From contig OX597822.1 of NCBI GenBank assembly GCA_951406725.2, positions 108,314,001 through 108,378,000 of the forward strand: a stretch of 64,000 nt of DNA. The letters run 5' to 3'. Below the pieces are notes generated by a model. It was not told the origin of the DNA and did no database searches. It worked only from the letters and a program-made list of their open reading frames with translations. The position numbers and the translations under genes were made by a program. Origin of the DNA: Octopus vulgaris. Taxonomy: Eukaryota. This document shows, one piece after another, positions 1 through 12,465 of this stretch (positions are counted from its first letter, which is position 1; each line of letters starts with the position of its first letter).

Positions 1-530
1 TTTGTTTGTATGAGTTGTCTGTGAGGTTGTGTGGTATTTGGTCGGGGGAGTGGTGGTATTGTTGCCCCCGATCGTTGTGTGTGTGTGGGAATCTACGGTT
101 GTTATTGTTTGTGGTGTGTGTACAATTTCTGTCTGGGAAATATTTTTGTTTCGAACTGCTTGTATGTGGGATGTTGCTTGACATAGTGTTTTTTTGCGTT
201 TGTCTTGTGTTTAGTGGGGACCAGTAATTTTGGTTCGTGGGGTAGTAGCGACTTGTGTGTGGTGTATTTCTTATTCTAGTGTCGTTTTGTGCTGTATGGG
301 GGTTGGGTCTGGTATTAGGATGTTGTTGGTGTGTTCTGTTTTTGGTGTAATTTATTTCATAGACGCGTCCTCTGTCAGCTAGTTCCCTGTTAGGTATTGC
401 GTGGTTTGTAAAGGTTGGTTGTGGGTGATTTCTGTTTTTAGTGTATGGAGGATAGTTGGGGGTTGTACGTGGGTTGTTTGGTTTTTCTTTTTTATTTATT
501 GTAATTTTCTTAAGGAAGGGATTATTTGTA

Positions 531-881
531 CCCAATTCATTTTTGAAAGTTGCACTTTCTGCCTCTGAAAACATAATTTATGTCATAAAATGCTCGGGCT
601 GCCACCAAGACTACGTGGGTTCCACGGGACTATCACTCAGACGTAGATGCACACTGCATCGACAACAGTCTGCATTCCCAGAATATAGAATGATACATTT
701 TAGTGAGCACACTGAGAAATGCGCAAAGCGACTACTACCACAATTTTTAATCTTTCCATTTTACCAATGTGCTTTGGGATCATCAACACAAATTAGACTA
801 TACAAGGAAACATTCTTCATTGAAAAGTACAAGCCCAGACGCAACCATCCGAACATACTGATACAGAGAAATTCACATTAA
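531..881 (+). mobile_element. Penelope-like element GIY-YIG endonuclease remnant
   Basis: Translation SENIIYVIKCSGCHQDYVGSTGLSLRRRCTLHRQQ...HFSEH...RLYKETFFIEKYKP shows the IY..C..C...YVG.T...R...H and distal E..FI pattern of PLE GIY-YIG domains. The first ~25 aa of ORF 456..881 look unrelated, likely from an inverted segment. Confidence 0.85.
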
Positions 882-1033
882 GGGAAAGGGAAAAAAAAAA
901 AAATTAAGCGATTATCTCCCTTACACCGGAAGAAATCACCCACTACCTTCCCTTATTTAGAACTCTCCGGAGCATAAACACAACGATAACTCCATTCAAC
1001 ATAAACATAACGTCACAAGAAATTTGAAAAGCT

Positions 1034-1122
1034 AAATGCGAAACCGGTCTTTCTTTAAAAATTATGTCATTATAAGGGGAAAAAAGTTTTTTTAAAAATT
1101 TTCTAATACTCATCAGACATTT
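1034..1122 (-). ncRNA. Candidate type-I hammerhead ribozyme (weak stem II)
   Basis: Minus strand reads aaatgt-CTGATGA-[AU-rich ~55 nt]-GAAA-gaccggtt-TC-gcattt. It has a 6-bp stem I and a near-palindromic stem III, but stem II is poorly closed. Confidence 0.4.
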
Positions 1123-1227
1123 TGACGCAAATATATATATATTTTTTAACATTTAAGCCTTCTGTCGTTTTTTCACTCTTTACTATTTTTTATATATTCA
1201 CCCACGTGCTTTCACAAACCAACTTTC

Positions 1228-1575
<348 letters not shown>

Positions 1576-1589
1576 TTTTTTTTTTAATC

Positions 1590-2996
1590 ATTTAAATCAT
1601 TTAATTTATTTTGTATTAAGTTTCATCTATCATAGTTATTTTATTAATAAATATTATAGTATAGAGAGATTTTATTCTTTATTTGTGACTTCATTCTTTT
1701 TACAATGAAAAACAAATAATTTTCCCATTCACAATCTTTAATAAAACGTAGGTTCCTCACGCGTCATGAATTCTTCAACAATTTATTCTGGTTTTTTTTT
1801 TTTGCTAATAACGTAATTCCACGAGTATTCTTATAAGCACTGTAAAAGACGTTTTCCGATTCAAAATTTTAGTTCATTGATTAAACCTCGCTAAGTTAAG
1901 TATGTATTTATTTAAGATCTTCAAATTGTAAATTTTAATATTGTATAAGCCTTTGGAGTAATAAAGTTTCTCCTTATGTAAACATCGTTGTTTTTGTAAT
2001 GATCTAATTATCGTAATTTCCTATATTATTAGATATTAAATTTAAGTTTATTCGTAAGATACTTCTTAGCGATAGGTTTATTATTTGATAGCAAGCATAC
2101 GAGGTGTATTAAGTTATGCTTTGTATTTACATGTTTTAATAGTATTAATTGTAGTTTTAAATTTATAATTAAATTAGGTAAACTTTGATAAACTTAGATA
2201 TGTTTCGACTAAAGATTAGTCCAGGCTATGTCTAATTTAATAGCATAACTTAGTTATTTCTTTAAATTTATATTCGATCTTTATTCCCATTCATAATTAT
2301 ATTTATAGTACTTATATTATTTATTCGATACTATATTACTACGAATTGATTATTTCTAAAAGTATTTTACATAAGATTTCCGAAAGTTCGTTTAAGTTAG
2401 TTTATTTGTATTTTGAAATTAACTATTTCATCTTTAAATATGAAAATTTAAATTTATTAGGTTTTTATTATATGTGCATATACAATTATTTATAGAGATT
2501 ATTTTAGATTTTAATTATAATATTTATATATTTTCATTGATAATTTAAATATATTAGTCATTTTAAATATTTATGTAATTAGATATAGACAAATATTGAT
2601 ATTAGATTATGGGTGGGTTTCCTACCTTATAAATTAAAATTAATATTTAACATTATAGTCGATTTGGATATAATCATAATTGTTAAGTTCTATGTCTCTA
2701 GTTTGATAATAGAGTTTATTATAAGTAAAATTATTATATTATATATATTATGTATATCTTAAAAATATTGTTTAAATATTTCTGATTATATTTTAGATAT
2801 TTAAATCACCTGAAGAATGACTGTAACTCGAATTTTTACGAATTGGACAGCCATGAAACGATCGTAGTGTTATACTAATTATCTTTTTTTAATAATCTTG
2901 ATATATATTTAAAATAATATAAATTAATTAATCTTATGTATTGGCTTAATTTTTTCATTGTATGATTTGCCTAATAGTGGTTTTATCTCTAATTTA

Positions 2997-3000
<4 letters not shown>
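1590..3000 (+). mobile_element. AT-rich PLE-type 3' region/pseudo-LTR ending in (TA)n
   Basis: Contains an intact minimal HHR at 2807-2869. Its 3' ~200 bp recur at ~7118-7320, an internal part recurs inverted at 1364-1421, and it is flanked by TA microsatellites. Confidence 0.6.
2807..2869 (+). ncRNA. Minimal type-I hammerhead ribozyme (family A)
   Basis: cac-CTGAAGA-atgactgt...acagccat-GAA-ACGATCGT-A-gtg. The core is intact, stem II pairs at 7/8 bp, stem III is the palindrome ACGATCGT and the cleavage triplet is GUA. Confidence 0.85.
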
Positions 3001-3032
<32 letters not shown>

Positions 3033-3039
3033 AACAAAC

Positions 3040-3077
<38 letters not shown>

Positions 3078-3360
3078 TTAGATAGATAGATAGATGGACA
3101 CTCACGTACACATTCACACACATACACGCGTACACACATATACTTACTGTTAAAGAAGCCGAGTGCGCGTGCGTACCGTTACTTAATACATGAAAAAATA
3201 CATTGTAAATAAACAACGACAAACAAAAACGTATGCGCGTGCTGAGGGAATAAGTGGACGTGAGACAGAAACGGTCCCTAATTCCACAGTTATCAACCAA
3301 AATGGTATTACTCAGTTTCGCACCATTAATGATAAGACAGAACTTCAGATATTGGTGATG

Positions 3361-3530
3361 ACTGCGTGGCACTGCGTGGAACTGCGTGGCACTGCGTGGA
3401 ACTGCGTGGCACTGCGTGGCACTGCGTGGCACTGCGTGGCACTGCGTGGCACTGCGTGGCACTGCGTGGCACTGCGTGGCACTGCGTCGCACTGCGTGGC
3501 ACTGCGTGGCACTGCGTGGCACTGCGTGGC
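3361..3530 (+). repeat. 10-bp minisatellite (ACTGCGTGGC)x17
   Basis: 17 near-perfect units that run directly into SINE body sequence (aacttgggcaagtgtcttc). Confidence 0.95.
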
Positions 3531-3621
3531 AACTTGGGCAAGTGTCTTCTACTATATATTCGGGCCGACCAAAGCCTTTTGAGTAGATTTGGTAGACGGA
3601 AACTGAAAGAAGCCCGTCGTA

Positions 3622-3706
<85 letters not shown>

Positions 3707-3760
3707 ATGTGTGTGTCTATCTTTATGTGTTTGTGTTTGTCCTCCCAAAATCGCTTGACA
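3521..3760 (+). mobile_element. 5'-truncated tRNA-derived SINE (family 1)
   Basis: Matches the body of full copies at 36938-37340 and 61145-61564 (ttgggcaagtgtcttc...ggtagacggaaactgaaagaagcccgtcg, then (TA)/(TG)n, then tcgcttgacaa). Confidence 0.85.
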
Positions 3761-3837
3761 AAATTTCGGGGTTTGTGCCTAGAATAGAAAAGAATTTAAC
3801 TTTTCGTTTATTTTAATTGTATGTATATATGTATCGG

Positions 3838-3877
<40 letters not shown>

Positions 3878-4154
3878 CTGATACAATGCTAGCTTGATGG
3901 AGATAAATATGTAGGTAGATAAACACATTGATATATGCATGTATATATTCGTACATACATGCACACATGTACGGCCTACACCAGATAATACACAGTATTT
4001 TAGGATGACAAGCAGTTGCATTGGCTGCTTTACTACTTACATACTGTTTCAAAGTAAAACTTTGTAACAGATACTGCATATCTACCATGGCCGACCTAGT
4101 AATTATTCATATATATACATATATATATATATACATACGGACATACATACATAC

Positions 4155-4196
<42 letters not shown>

Positions 4197-4267
4197 ACAT
4201 ACGGACATACATACATACGTATATATATATATATATATATACATACATACAGACATACATACATACG

Positions 4268-4302
<35 letters not shown>

Positions 4303-4950
4303 GTCTGTCTGTGTGTGTGTGTGTGTATGTGTATGTATGGTGTGTGTGTACAAAATTTTTATGATTATAAATATGCCCAAGTATACACAGGCATGTATAT
4401 AGTTGTGGATGACCTATATATATCATTGTTGAATATAACAACGATGGTACGTTATTTACAGATAATTCGAAAATAAATCAACTTTTTTTTAAAGTACAGT
4501 ATGAATGACAACAGAATAAATGAACACATTACAAAAAGCAATCAAGCATGTTGACAGTGATAGATTGATGCTATTTGGATATTTCCCAGCTGTCTTTTGC
4601 AGCCAAGTACTTGATAACATTGGTTCTACTCCAAAATATTTTTTTCTCACTTTGAATAAGATTTGTAAAATAAAAACATTTGTCGACGTTGTAAATGTCG
4701 ACAAACTTTGTGAAATCTTTTTAAAAATGTATTGCTATCTACTCTCCCTTGCCTAATGCTTTGATTGCTGTGTATGCTGATTGTAAGATTTGTCGTTTAC
4801 ATGCCTTTAGAAGTCATGTCATTCGCTGCATATTTTTGCTTGACTTATTTCTCCTCAAATCACCATATTCGGAAGGATAGTAAAATGAGACATGATAGTG
4901 ATGAAGTGGAATTTTGGTCTTGTATGATGGCATGTATAACATATATACAA

Positions 4951-5253
4951 CTAGCAGCATCGCCCGGCGTTGCTCGGGTTTGTAAGGGAAATAACTATAT
5001 AAGCATTTTTAGAGTGTTACTTCCCTTATATAATAGCAAGAAAATGCATTAAAATGGGAAAAAATGATGGTAGATTTGTTTTTTAAATCGTAGTCTCATC
5101 GTAGACGCGCGCTAATACCCAGAAAAGCTCGATATGAATCATGACTATAAGATACCCGCTTTTGGTTAAACTGCACCGCAAAATGTGGGAGTAGTTAGGA
5201 ATCTAAATCGGAGTAGACAGACTCTCACACAACTTCACTTTTATGTATAAAGA
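4951..5253 (-). mobile_element. Non-autonomous Helitron (internally deleted copy)
   Basis: Reverse complement of 41450-41844 lacking ~90 bp. Has a 5' TC, a 3' GC hairpin (cccgagcaacgccggg) plus CTAG, and sits between A and T. Confidence 0.8.
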
Positions 5254-5559
5254 TATAGGAGGGTTATTTAGAAAAGGTGAGTTAGCAATAGAGTTGTCTG
5301 AATGTGTAGTGGTGCTAATGCATATCTTATTAACTCAGAACCCACCAAGGGTAAAGCCTACGGAATACGATTTGAAATAGAAATGAATATATTAGCGACA
5401 ATATTGATTTAACGGGTGAATTTAATTAATCTACACAATATCAATTGCACCTTGTGCCGATATGGGGTCGTTGTTTTAATTAAAATGAGATTGTTGTAGA
5501 TTTTTAATATATAAAACACAGCGATTTGCATTTATTAAAAGTTATACGCTTACTGATGC

Positions 5560-5678
5560 ATCTCTCTCTCTCTATCTATCTATCTAAAGATATATACATA
5601 TGTATGTGTATAGTTATTTTATATGTATATGTGTGTGTGCATATATATATGTACATATATATATATATATATATGTAC

Positions 5679-5710
<32 letters not shown>

Positions 5711-5734
5711 GTATATATATGTATTTATATGTAC

Positions 5735-5778
<44 letters not shown>

Positions 5779-5907
5779 GTACATATATATATATATATAT
5801 ACATATATATGTATATATAAATATATATATGTATGTATATACATACATAAATATACATATATATATATATCATATGTTTATATATACATATTTATATATA
5901 TATATAT

Positions 5908-5942
<35 letters not shown>
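5560..5942. repeat. Degenerate (TA)n-rich microsatellite
   Basis: Directly visible. It is the source of the YIYI ORFs. Confidence 0.95.
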
Positions 5943-5944
<2 letters not shown>

Positions 5945-6854
5945 GAGGGTGGGGCAGAGAGGACGGACGTGTTTTGAAAAATTGTCAGAATCATTAATTT
6001 TAGCGGGAAACAAATATTATTGACGTCAGTGCGTTCGTATTGAATTAGCATTTGTCAAAATTATGTATGAAGTGTTGAAAACAAACATCCTTCATGTGAT
6101 ATCCACTTTCATTGCTGCATTTCTGAAGGAGTTTTTGGAAGTTGGCATCAACTCTCCTCAGCATTGCTCTGTCGATTTGGGCGACATTGCTCTCTCGGAC
6201 TTTCAGGAGCCTGATAAGGAAGGTTATATTGATTCACCATTGTATTGAGATGAATGTGAGCTTCATCACTCATTAACAAAATGAGGTTGTCATTTGCGTC
6301 CGAAGTTACTTCCTTCTGACACTCGATATTAAGCCGGTTTGCTTAGCTCCATGGTTTCAATTGTCGAATGGCCAATTTTTACGGATGAAAATGCAAGATC
6401 TTCATGCAACATACACTTTACTGATGCCAAGTTCAGTGGAATGTTTCTGTGCAGCGCGATTCGGATTCCGTATCATAGCTTGTCTGACCCCTTCTATATT
6501 TTGGGGCGTCCGTACCGTTGATGGCACCACCACCGGTCTCCTATTCATTAGTCTACCTCGTGTACGAAGTGCATTCACCCAACGTAAGATTGCGTTACGT
6601 GTTGGAACAGCCTGATTTCGGTGAACGTCGACGTGCCGCCGAAAATCAGGCTAAACTGCTGTAACAAAGTGGCTATTCTTCCTGTAACTGTTGTAGGCAA
6701 ACACGCGGTGTCCTATCGTTCAGAGCTTCGCCAAAACAGAGGGCTATGCTAAGACACCAAGAACAGGATGGGAATTGTCCAACATATGTCACTCCCGCTG
6801 GGGTTGGTTAACAGCCATTTCAAACATATCCATCCTCTCTGCTGTCTCACCCTG
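5945..6854 (-). mobile_element. Internally deleted Tc1/mariner (maT/DD37D-like) DNA transposon
   Basis: Imperfect TIRs (agggtggggcagagaggacggacgtgttttgaaa / tttcaaacatatccatcctctctgctgtctcaccctg) flanked by TA. Minus-strand remnants include VPTRNAILRWVNALRTRG...TVRTPQNIE (HTH) and LLMSDEAHIHLNTMVN (first catalytic D motif). Confidence 0.8.
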
Positions 6855-6872
6855 TATATACATACATACATA

Positions 6873-6904
<32 letters not shown>

Positions 6905-6906
6905 AT

Positions 6907-6950
<44 letters not shown>

Positions 6951-6954
6951 ATAC

Positions 6955-7005
<51 letters not shown>

Positions 7006-7039
7006 TGCACATATATATATTCATATAAATACACACATC

Positions 7040-7089
<50 letters not shown>

Positions 7090-7091
<2 letters not shown>

Positions 7092-7319
7092 TCATTGATT
7101 AAACCTCGCTAAGTAAAATATTTAAATCACCTGAAGAATGACTGTAACTCGAATTTTTACGAATTGGACAGCCATGAAACGATTGTAGCGTTATACTAAT
7201 TATCTTTTTTTAATAATTTTGATATATATTTAAAATAATATAATTAATTAATCTTATGTATTGGCTTAAGTTTTTCATTGTATGATTTGCCTAATAGTGG
7301 TTTTATCTCTAATTTAATA

Positions 7320-7320
<1 letters not shown>
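7090..7320 (+). mobile_element. Deleted derivative of the 1590-3000 PLE terminal repeat
   Basis: cattgattaaacctcgctaagt (also at ~1876) is fused to a near-identical copy of ~2797-3000, with (TA)n on both sides. Confidence 0.75.
7128..7190 (+). ncRNA. Minimal hammerhead ribozyme (family A, mutated)
   Basis: Same as 2807-2869 except stem III is ACGATTGT and the stem I 3' arm is gcg. Confidence 0.75.
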
Positions 7321-7405
<85 letters not shown>

Positions 7406-7764
7406 CTAAGACAGCGAACAAACTAAACTCCAAATAAGCCCCCAAGTATAAAGACAATGGTAATACTAACCACTTAATACATCAAAGTGATAATAACTCG
7501 AACAATAATACCAATGAGCCGAAAAAAAAAACTACTGCAATATCTACAATAACTAACCAACGCATCATACTAGCAACAATTCAAACGTTAACACTAACAT
7601 CCAGAAATAGAAATAATAATAATAGTATAACTATGGTCACGGATATACTGAATAGAACCAATTCATCTAGTTTGTGTTATACACAAGGAAGAAACAAAAC
7701 AGAACAACCAATTATGCTCATACAGCTACTGATCAAAATGTCCCACAGGCAATCAGTTCATTAC

Positions 7765-8060
7765 CAAAATTGGAATATATAAGTGCATGGTAAATTCTAC
7801 TGGAAGATCGTATGTAAATACTGGTGCATCAGTCGATATCTTCAAAAATCGATATCGCAATCACATTGCTAGCTTCCAAAAAATCCTTAAACGGCATGTA
7901 ACGTCACTGGCTCATTTTATCTGGAGGCTCAGGGAAGAGAATGAAAAATACGGCCTGACCTGGTCCATAATTAGACATGCGCGCCCCAATAACACATTAT
8001 CCCGGAAATGTTAGCCATGTTCCGAAGAGTCACTCTCAATATTGTTAACAAAGAAGCGCG
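7765..8060 (+). mobile_element. Penelope-like GIY-YIG endonuclease remnant (second lineage)
   Basis: GIYKCMVNSTGRSYVNTGASVDIFKNRYRNHIASF...TSLAHFIWRLRE...LTWSII...RKC*PCSEE matches the FK.RY.NH...F / T.LS..IW.L / C.LC..E pattern of PLE C-termini. Confidence 0.8.
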
Positions 8061-8134
8061 TTATAAACAGATGAAAAAAATGTCTACACATTCCTCGACG
8101 ACTACACGTTCGTTGACGACCTCCCCATCTTTAT

Positions 8135-9060
8135 CTCACAAAACTCTGAGGAAATTTGGCAGAATTTTGAACAGTTGTGGATCCTTGAAACCGAAGCTAT
8201 CATAGTTTTTATTCTAGATAGGGAATATAGGAGGTTTGGTATATGTAGTGTTGCCGCGTTCGGTGGCTGGTTTTCAATTCCAAAGTTGGAGCGTAGGTCT
8301 TCTAGAATCTTCCATATATATTCAGCTGAATATCTTACATGTGTTGTCTCTAGGGATTAGAAGTTTAAATTCTTTAGCATCTCCTGGTAGCTCCTCAGTT
8401 TCACCGGCTCAATCTTCTTAGTATACTGGCGCTGACTTCTTTGAATTTATCCATCAGTTTGATTCCCTGGAGTGAGCTGAGTTGTGAGCAGGAATACCGA
8501 TAACTGAGAAACAAAATTCTCCATGTAACTAGCATGATATCCTTTTTACTTGTTCTGAATACTCTCGGAATCTATCTAAGTACTCCCCTGTACAGCGTTG
8601 CTATTTCGGAAATATGTACATGGAACGATGTATCATTAGACTGTGACTCTGGCATTGATCTATCTCGTCGTCCTCTGTATTCCGACAGTTGTCTGTTTGG
8701 GCTTTGACACTGGATTGCCTGAAACGTCCTAGCACTTAACTACATGATATTTTCCTCAGTCCACCAGTGTATCGTGTTCAAATCCCTCTGCACATTTAAG
8801 ATTTAGGATATCACCAGGGTATTTGAGCGTCTTTGAAACATTTGGCTCATTAGTAGCATAGCTGATGAAAGTGGGAGACGACTGTGTGGCTGACAGCATG
8901 TCTGTGAGAACAGTCAACAAACAGAAGTTGTTTCAGTACAGTTACCTGACGGACTCCTCTACAGATTGATTTCTCCTCAGAGAGAGCAACTGTCTGATTT
9001 CTGATTCTGAAAGGTCATGCAGCCGCCCTCCTAATTTTCCAATGAAACTTAGTTGATCAT
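8135..9060 (-). mobile_element. Degenerate CR1-type LINE ORF2 fragment
   Basis: Minus-strand remnants RGVRQVTVLKQLLF (GVPQGTVLGPLLF-like) and SFGFKDPQLFKILP, homologous to the better copy at 45577-46091. Many stops and frameshifts. Confidence 0.65.
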
Positions 9061-9074
9061 CCTGAGATCTTACA

Positions 9075-9239
9075 GTTCTATATTTAAGAGATGAGGAATT
9101 ATGTACATTATTTACAATATTTACAATTGACGGATATTTGTCTTCATCTTATTTGCTGTTAACACAACGTTTCGGCTGATATACTCTCCAGCCTTCATCA
9201 AGTGTCTTGGGGAAAATTCGAACCTGGGTTCTCATTCCT
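9075..9239 (-). mobile_element. HHR-bearing tail of the tRNA/(AAT)n/HHR element (solo tail)
   Basis: Homologous to 24260-24391, 24606-24758 and 26560-26674. Confidence 0.8.
9161..9206 (-). ncRNA. Minimal hammerhead ribozyme (family B, C3 to U variant)
   Basis: gacac-TTGATGA-a-ggctg[gagagtatat]cagcc-GAA-ACGT-T-gtgtt. Stems I and II are 5 bp each and stem III is the palindrome ACGT. Confidence 0.75.
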
Positions 9240-10096
9240 CTCTCTTTCTCTCTCACACACACACAAGTACACACAAACATATACAGACATACGTTCACAA
9301 ACTACTTACAAACAGGAACTTACAAATTAAAGAACCGCAGTTCTTGAATTTGAAGTAAAAAGAATTTAGGAAGCGGTTCTAAAGAGAACCACACTTTGTT
9401 TCCTGAATATTTTTAATTACAAAGGACTTAACGAGCCGTTTCATGTAATTAAATGAATGTCATAATTAATCCATATTTTCACATAATGATAACTGAATAA
9501 ATGCATTCCTCTAGATAATGGCGTGTTGAGAACTTTATGCAACAGATATTATAATAGGTTCTTTATACGGATTCACACATTTTAACGTCAATAATGAAAG
9601 TGGAAATGAAAGTGCAATTACTACAAATTATCTGTCACAAGTACAATTAAATTATCTCCATGTTATATGCTATAGAAATGAAATGAGACAACTCACACTT
9701 GAAATCTGGAAATGTGGATTTTCTTCATATTCGGATGTTGTAATTATACTGCAAGTAAATAAGAATCGGCACACAAATAGTAAATAATCGACAAATATTT
9801 AATTAAGCATGTAAATACCAACTCATCATGTCACATTATATACCCTAAAGATATATCGAACTCCTCTAAAAATTGACAATCATATCGGTTTATTAGTTTC
9901 ATTTTCTTTTAAATACGTATCACCTGCCGTGTCAGCATATAATGTGAAAAATCTCAAATAGCTCGCCTTGCTTTACCGTGAAAGCAAAAACAAAGTAAAG
10001 AAAAAGCATGTATATATTCGGAACGTATTGCTTTTGGTAAAGGGGACTATTGACATTTAAGTAATGATAGAAATCATTGGTACTAATAAAATTTAT

Positions 10097-10213
10097 ATTC
10101 ACGGCCTTATCACGTTGAAAGCGCCGGTTCTCGTCTGATCACCGAAGTTAACAATGTCGAGCCTAGTTAGGAATTAGATGGGTGACCTATTGGGAAACCT
10201 ATGTGCTGTAAGC
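10097..10213 (+). pseudogene. 5S rRNA pseudogene
   Basis: acggccttatcacgttgaaagcgccggttctcgtctgatcaccgaagttaa..gtcgagcctagttag...gatgggtgacc...tgggaaacc..gtgctgtaagc is collinear with metazoan 5S rRNA over ~117 nt, with substitutions and indels in the internal promoter boxes. Confidence 0.85.
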
Positions 10214-10226
10214 GTCACGATTTTGT

Positions 10227-10398
10227 AGGCGCAGGAGTGGTTGTGTGGTAAGTAGCTTGCTTAACAACCACATGGTTCCGGCTTCAGTCCCACTGTGTGT
10301 CAACTTGGGCAAGTGTCTTCAACTATAGCCTTGGGCCGACCAAAGCTTTGTGAGAGGACTTGGTAGACAGGAACTGTAAGAAACCCGTCGTATATATG

Positions 10399-10449
<51 letters not shown>

Positions 10450-10670
10450 GTGTGTGTATATATTTGTGTGTCTGTGTCTCCCCAACATCGCTTGACAACC
10501 GATGCTGGTGTGTTTACGTCGCCATAACTTAGCAGTTCTGCAAAAGATACTGATATAATAAGTACTAGGCTTACAAAGAATAAGTCCTGGGGGCGATATG
10601 CTCGACTAAAAGCGGTGCTCCAGCATGGCCAGAGTCAAATGACTGAAACAACTAAAAGAGTAAAAGAGTA
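10227..10670 (+). mobile_element. Full-length tRNA-derived SINE (family 1)
   Basis: Head aggcgcaggagtggttgtgtggtaag...ttcagtccca, a central (TA)/(TG)n, and tail gcggtgctccagcatggcc...gactgaaac followed by (taaaagag)n. Confidence 0.9.
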
Positions 10671-10714
10671 TAATGCTAATATTATATATTACTAATAATA
10701 ATGATGATTATATT

Positions 10715-10930
10715 AATCCTTTCTATTAAAGGCACAAAGGCTGAAATTTGATGGTGAAGAGGACTAATCAATTACATCGACCCCAGTGATTTTCTGATAT
10801 TTAATTTATCAATCCCGAAAGAATGCAGGACAAAGTCGATCTTTGTGGAATTTGAACTCAGAACGTAGCGACGGTGAAATACTGTGAAGCGTGTCGCCAA
10901 GTGTGCTAACTATTCTGCCACCTCATCGGC
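10715..10930 (-). mobile_element. tRNA-derived SINE (family 2), degenerate
   Basis: Minus strand ggcagaatagttagcac...gttctgagttcaaattcc...tcgactttg...ggggtcgatgtaat, homologous to 55545-56135. Confidence 0.75.
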
Positions 10931-11054
10931 TTAATGGTGATGATAATAAAAAGTACCAGCCGATATACAGGGGCCGATATTATCCACTTAACCCACTCGG
11001 AATTTGCTGACCTTATGCCAAAATTTGAAATCAATATTACTGATAGCGTTAAGG

Positions 11055-11280
11055 GCGGAAAGTTGTTAGTGTTGTTAGTACGCCGGGTAAAATGCTTAGA
11101 GTCATTTAGTTCATCGTCACGTGGGGTGTTCAAATTCTGCCTGGGTCTTCTTTGTGTTTTATCATTTCGATATCGATAAAATAAGTACCAACTGAATACT
11201 TTTGCCGATGTAATCGAGTCAGGATACCCCCACGGGAACTTGTTAGACTTATGCCAGATTTTGAACACAGTATTAGTTAT
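11055..11280 (+). mobile_element. tRNA-derived SINE (family 2)
   Basis: gttagtacgccgggtaaaatgcttag...gttcaaattctgcc...cgataaaataagtacca. Confidence 0.75.
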
Positions 11281-12262
11281 GAAGTTATTTTGCAATTGCC
11301 GTGTTTGACAAAATTATTGGCGGCAGCAGTTGCTACTTTTTACATTCTAAGTTCAGATCACCCCGAGAATAGCTTTGCTTTTCATCCTTTCAGTTCGATA
11401 ACATTAAGTACTTGTTATGTACTTAGTTCGATGAAATCATCTTGTCCACTCCTTTCAAATTTGTTTCTTACCTTTTTCCATTACAGAACTTAAGTTTGAT
11501 GATAGTATTAATATTTATGGAAATGTTATGATGATAGTATACAATTTTATGGAGATGTTAAGGGGACAATCTCAATGATTATCAATGAAGGAAATAGTTG
11601 GGAGTATCAAAGTACCCGTATTATTAAGTGATATACATTTGGAGAGTCCTCTTTCAAATTCTAAATTAGATTATCGACTACAGAGGAATTGCGAACAGCG
11701 ATAGTCGACAATATAACATGTCACTTCTAAGTGGCATAAGTGAATCAAACGATTTCCTAAACGTTTATATTCGTGCAACCATAGAAATATAATTTTAAAT
11801 ATACAATATCCATGCAAAAAGATAATAGATTCCGACAGAGAGTAGACGAATAAAAATACTAAGTGAAACGTATAAGTAAAAGAATGAGATAAATATTTTA
11901 TAAAGTGAAATAAATATGATGTGGTTAACTTTGTTATAGGTGCTATAGGTAGACTTTCTTGAAAAGCAAAATCAGGAACAGATCTTCAGAATAATTGTGA
12001 AGAATGAGAAATAATGGTTTATAAATATTCACAGTTTATGAGAGTCACTGATCCCTCAAGATGGTTAGATGCTAGAAAAAGCAGCCAAATTTCATTCAAA
12101 TCCCACTTCAATATTTTAAACAAGGAAAGATAATATAGGGAAATTAACACCAATATATCAAGACATGTTCAAGACTGGAATAATTTTTTTTATATTTAGG
12201 CCTTGCTCAATCGCGATTCATCTGGGTTTAAAGAAACACATATTTGTTTAAATATTGTTCCT

Positions 12263-12465
12263 GGCGGCGAGCTGATAGTGTCGTTAGTACGCCGGGTAAA
12301 ATGCTTAGTCATTTGGTTAATCGTCACGTGGTGAGTTCAAATTCTGCCTGGGTCTTCTTTGTGTTTTATCATTTCGATATCGATAAAATAAGTACCAATT
12401 GAATACTTTTGCCGATGTAATTGGGTCAGGACAACCCCTCGGGAACTTGTTAGATTTATGCCAGT
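12263..12465 (+). mobile_element. tRNA-derived SINE (family 2)
   Basis: Head ggcggcgagctgatagtgtcgttag. Nearly identical to the 11055 copy. Confidence 0.75.

Noticed and set aside
2989-3758. Repetitive ORFs (ALRGTAWHCV / PRSATQCHAV) and a CRISPR-like appearance
   Set aside because: This is a 10-bp tandem repeat with no spacers, derived from a SINE.
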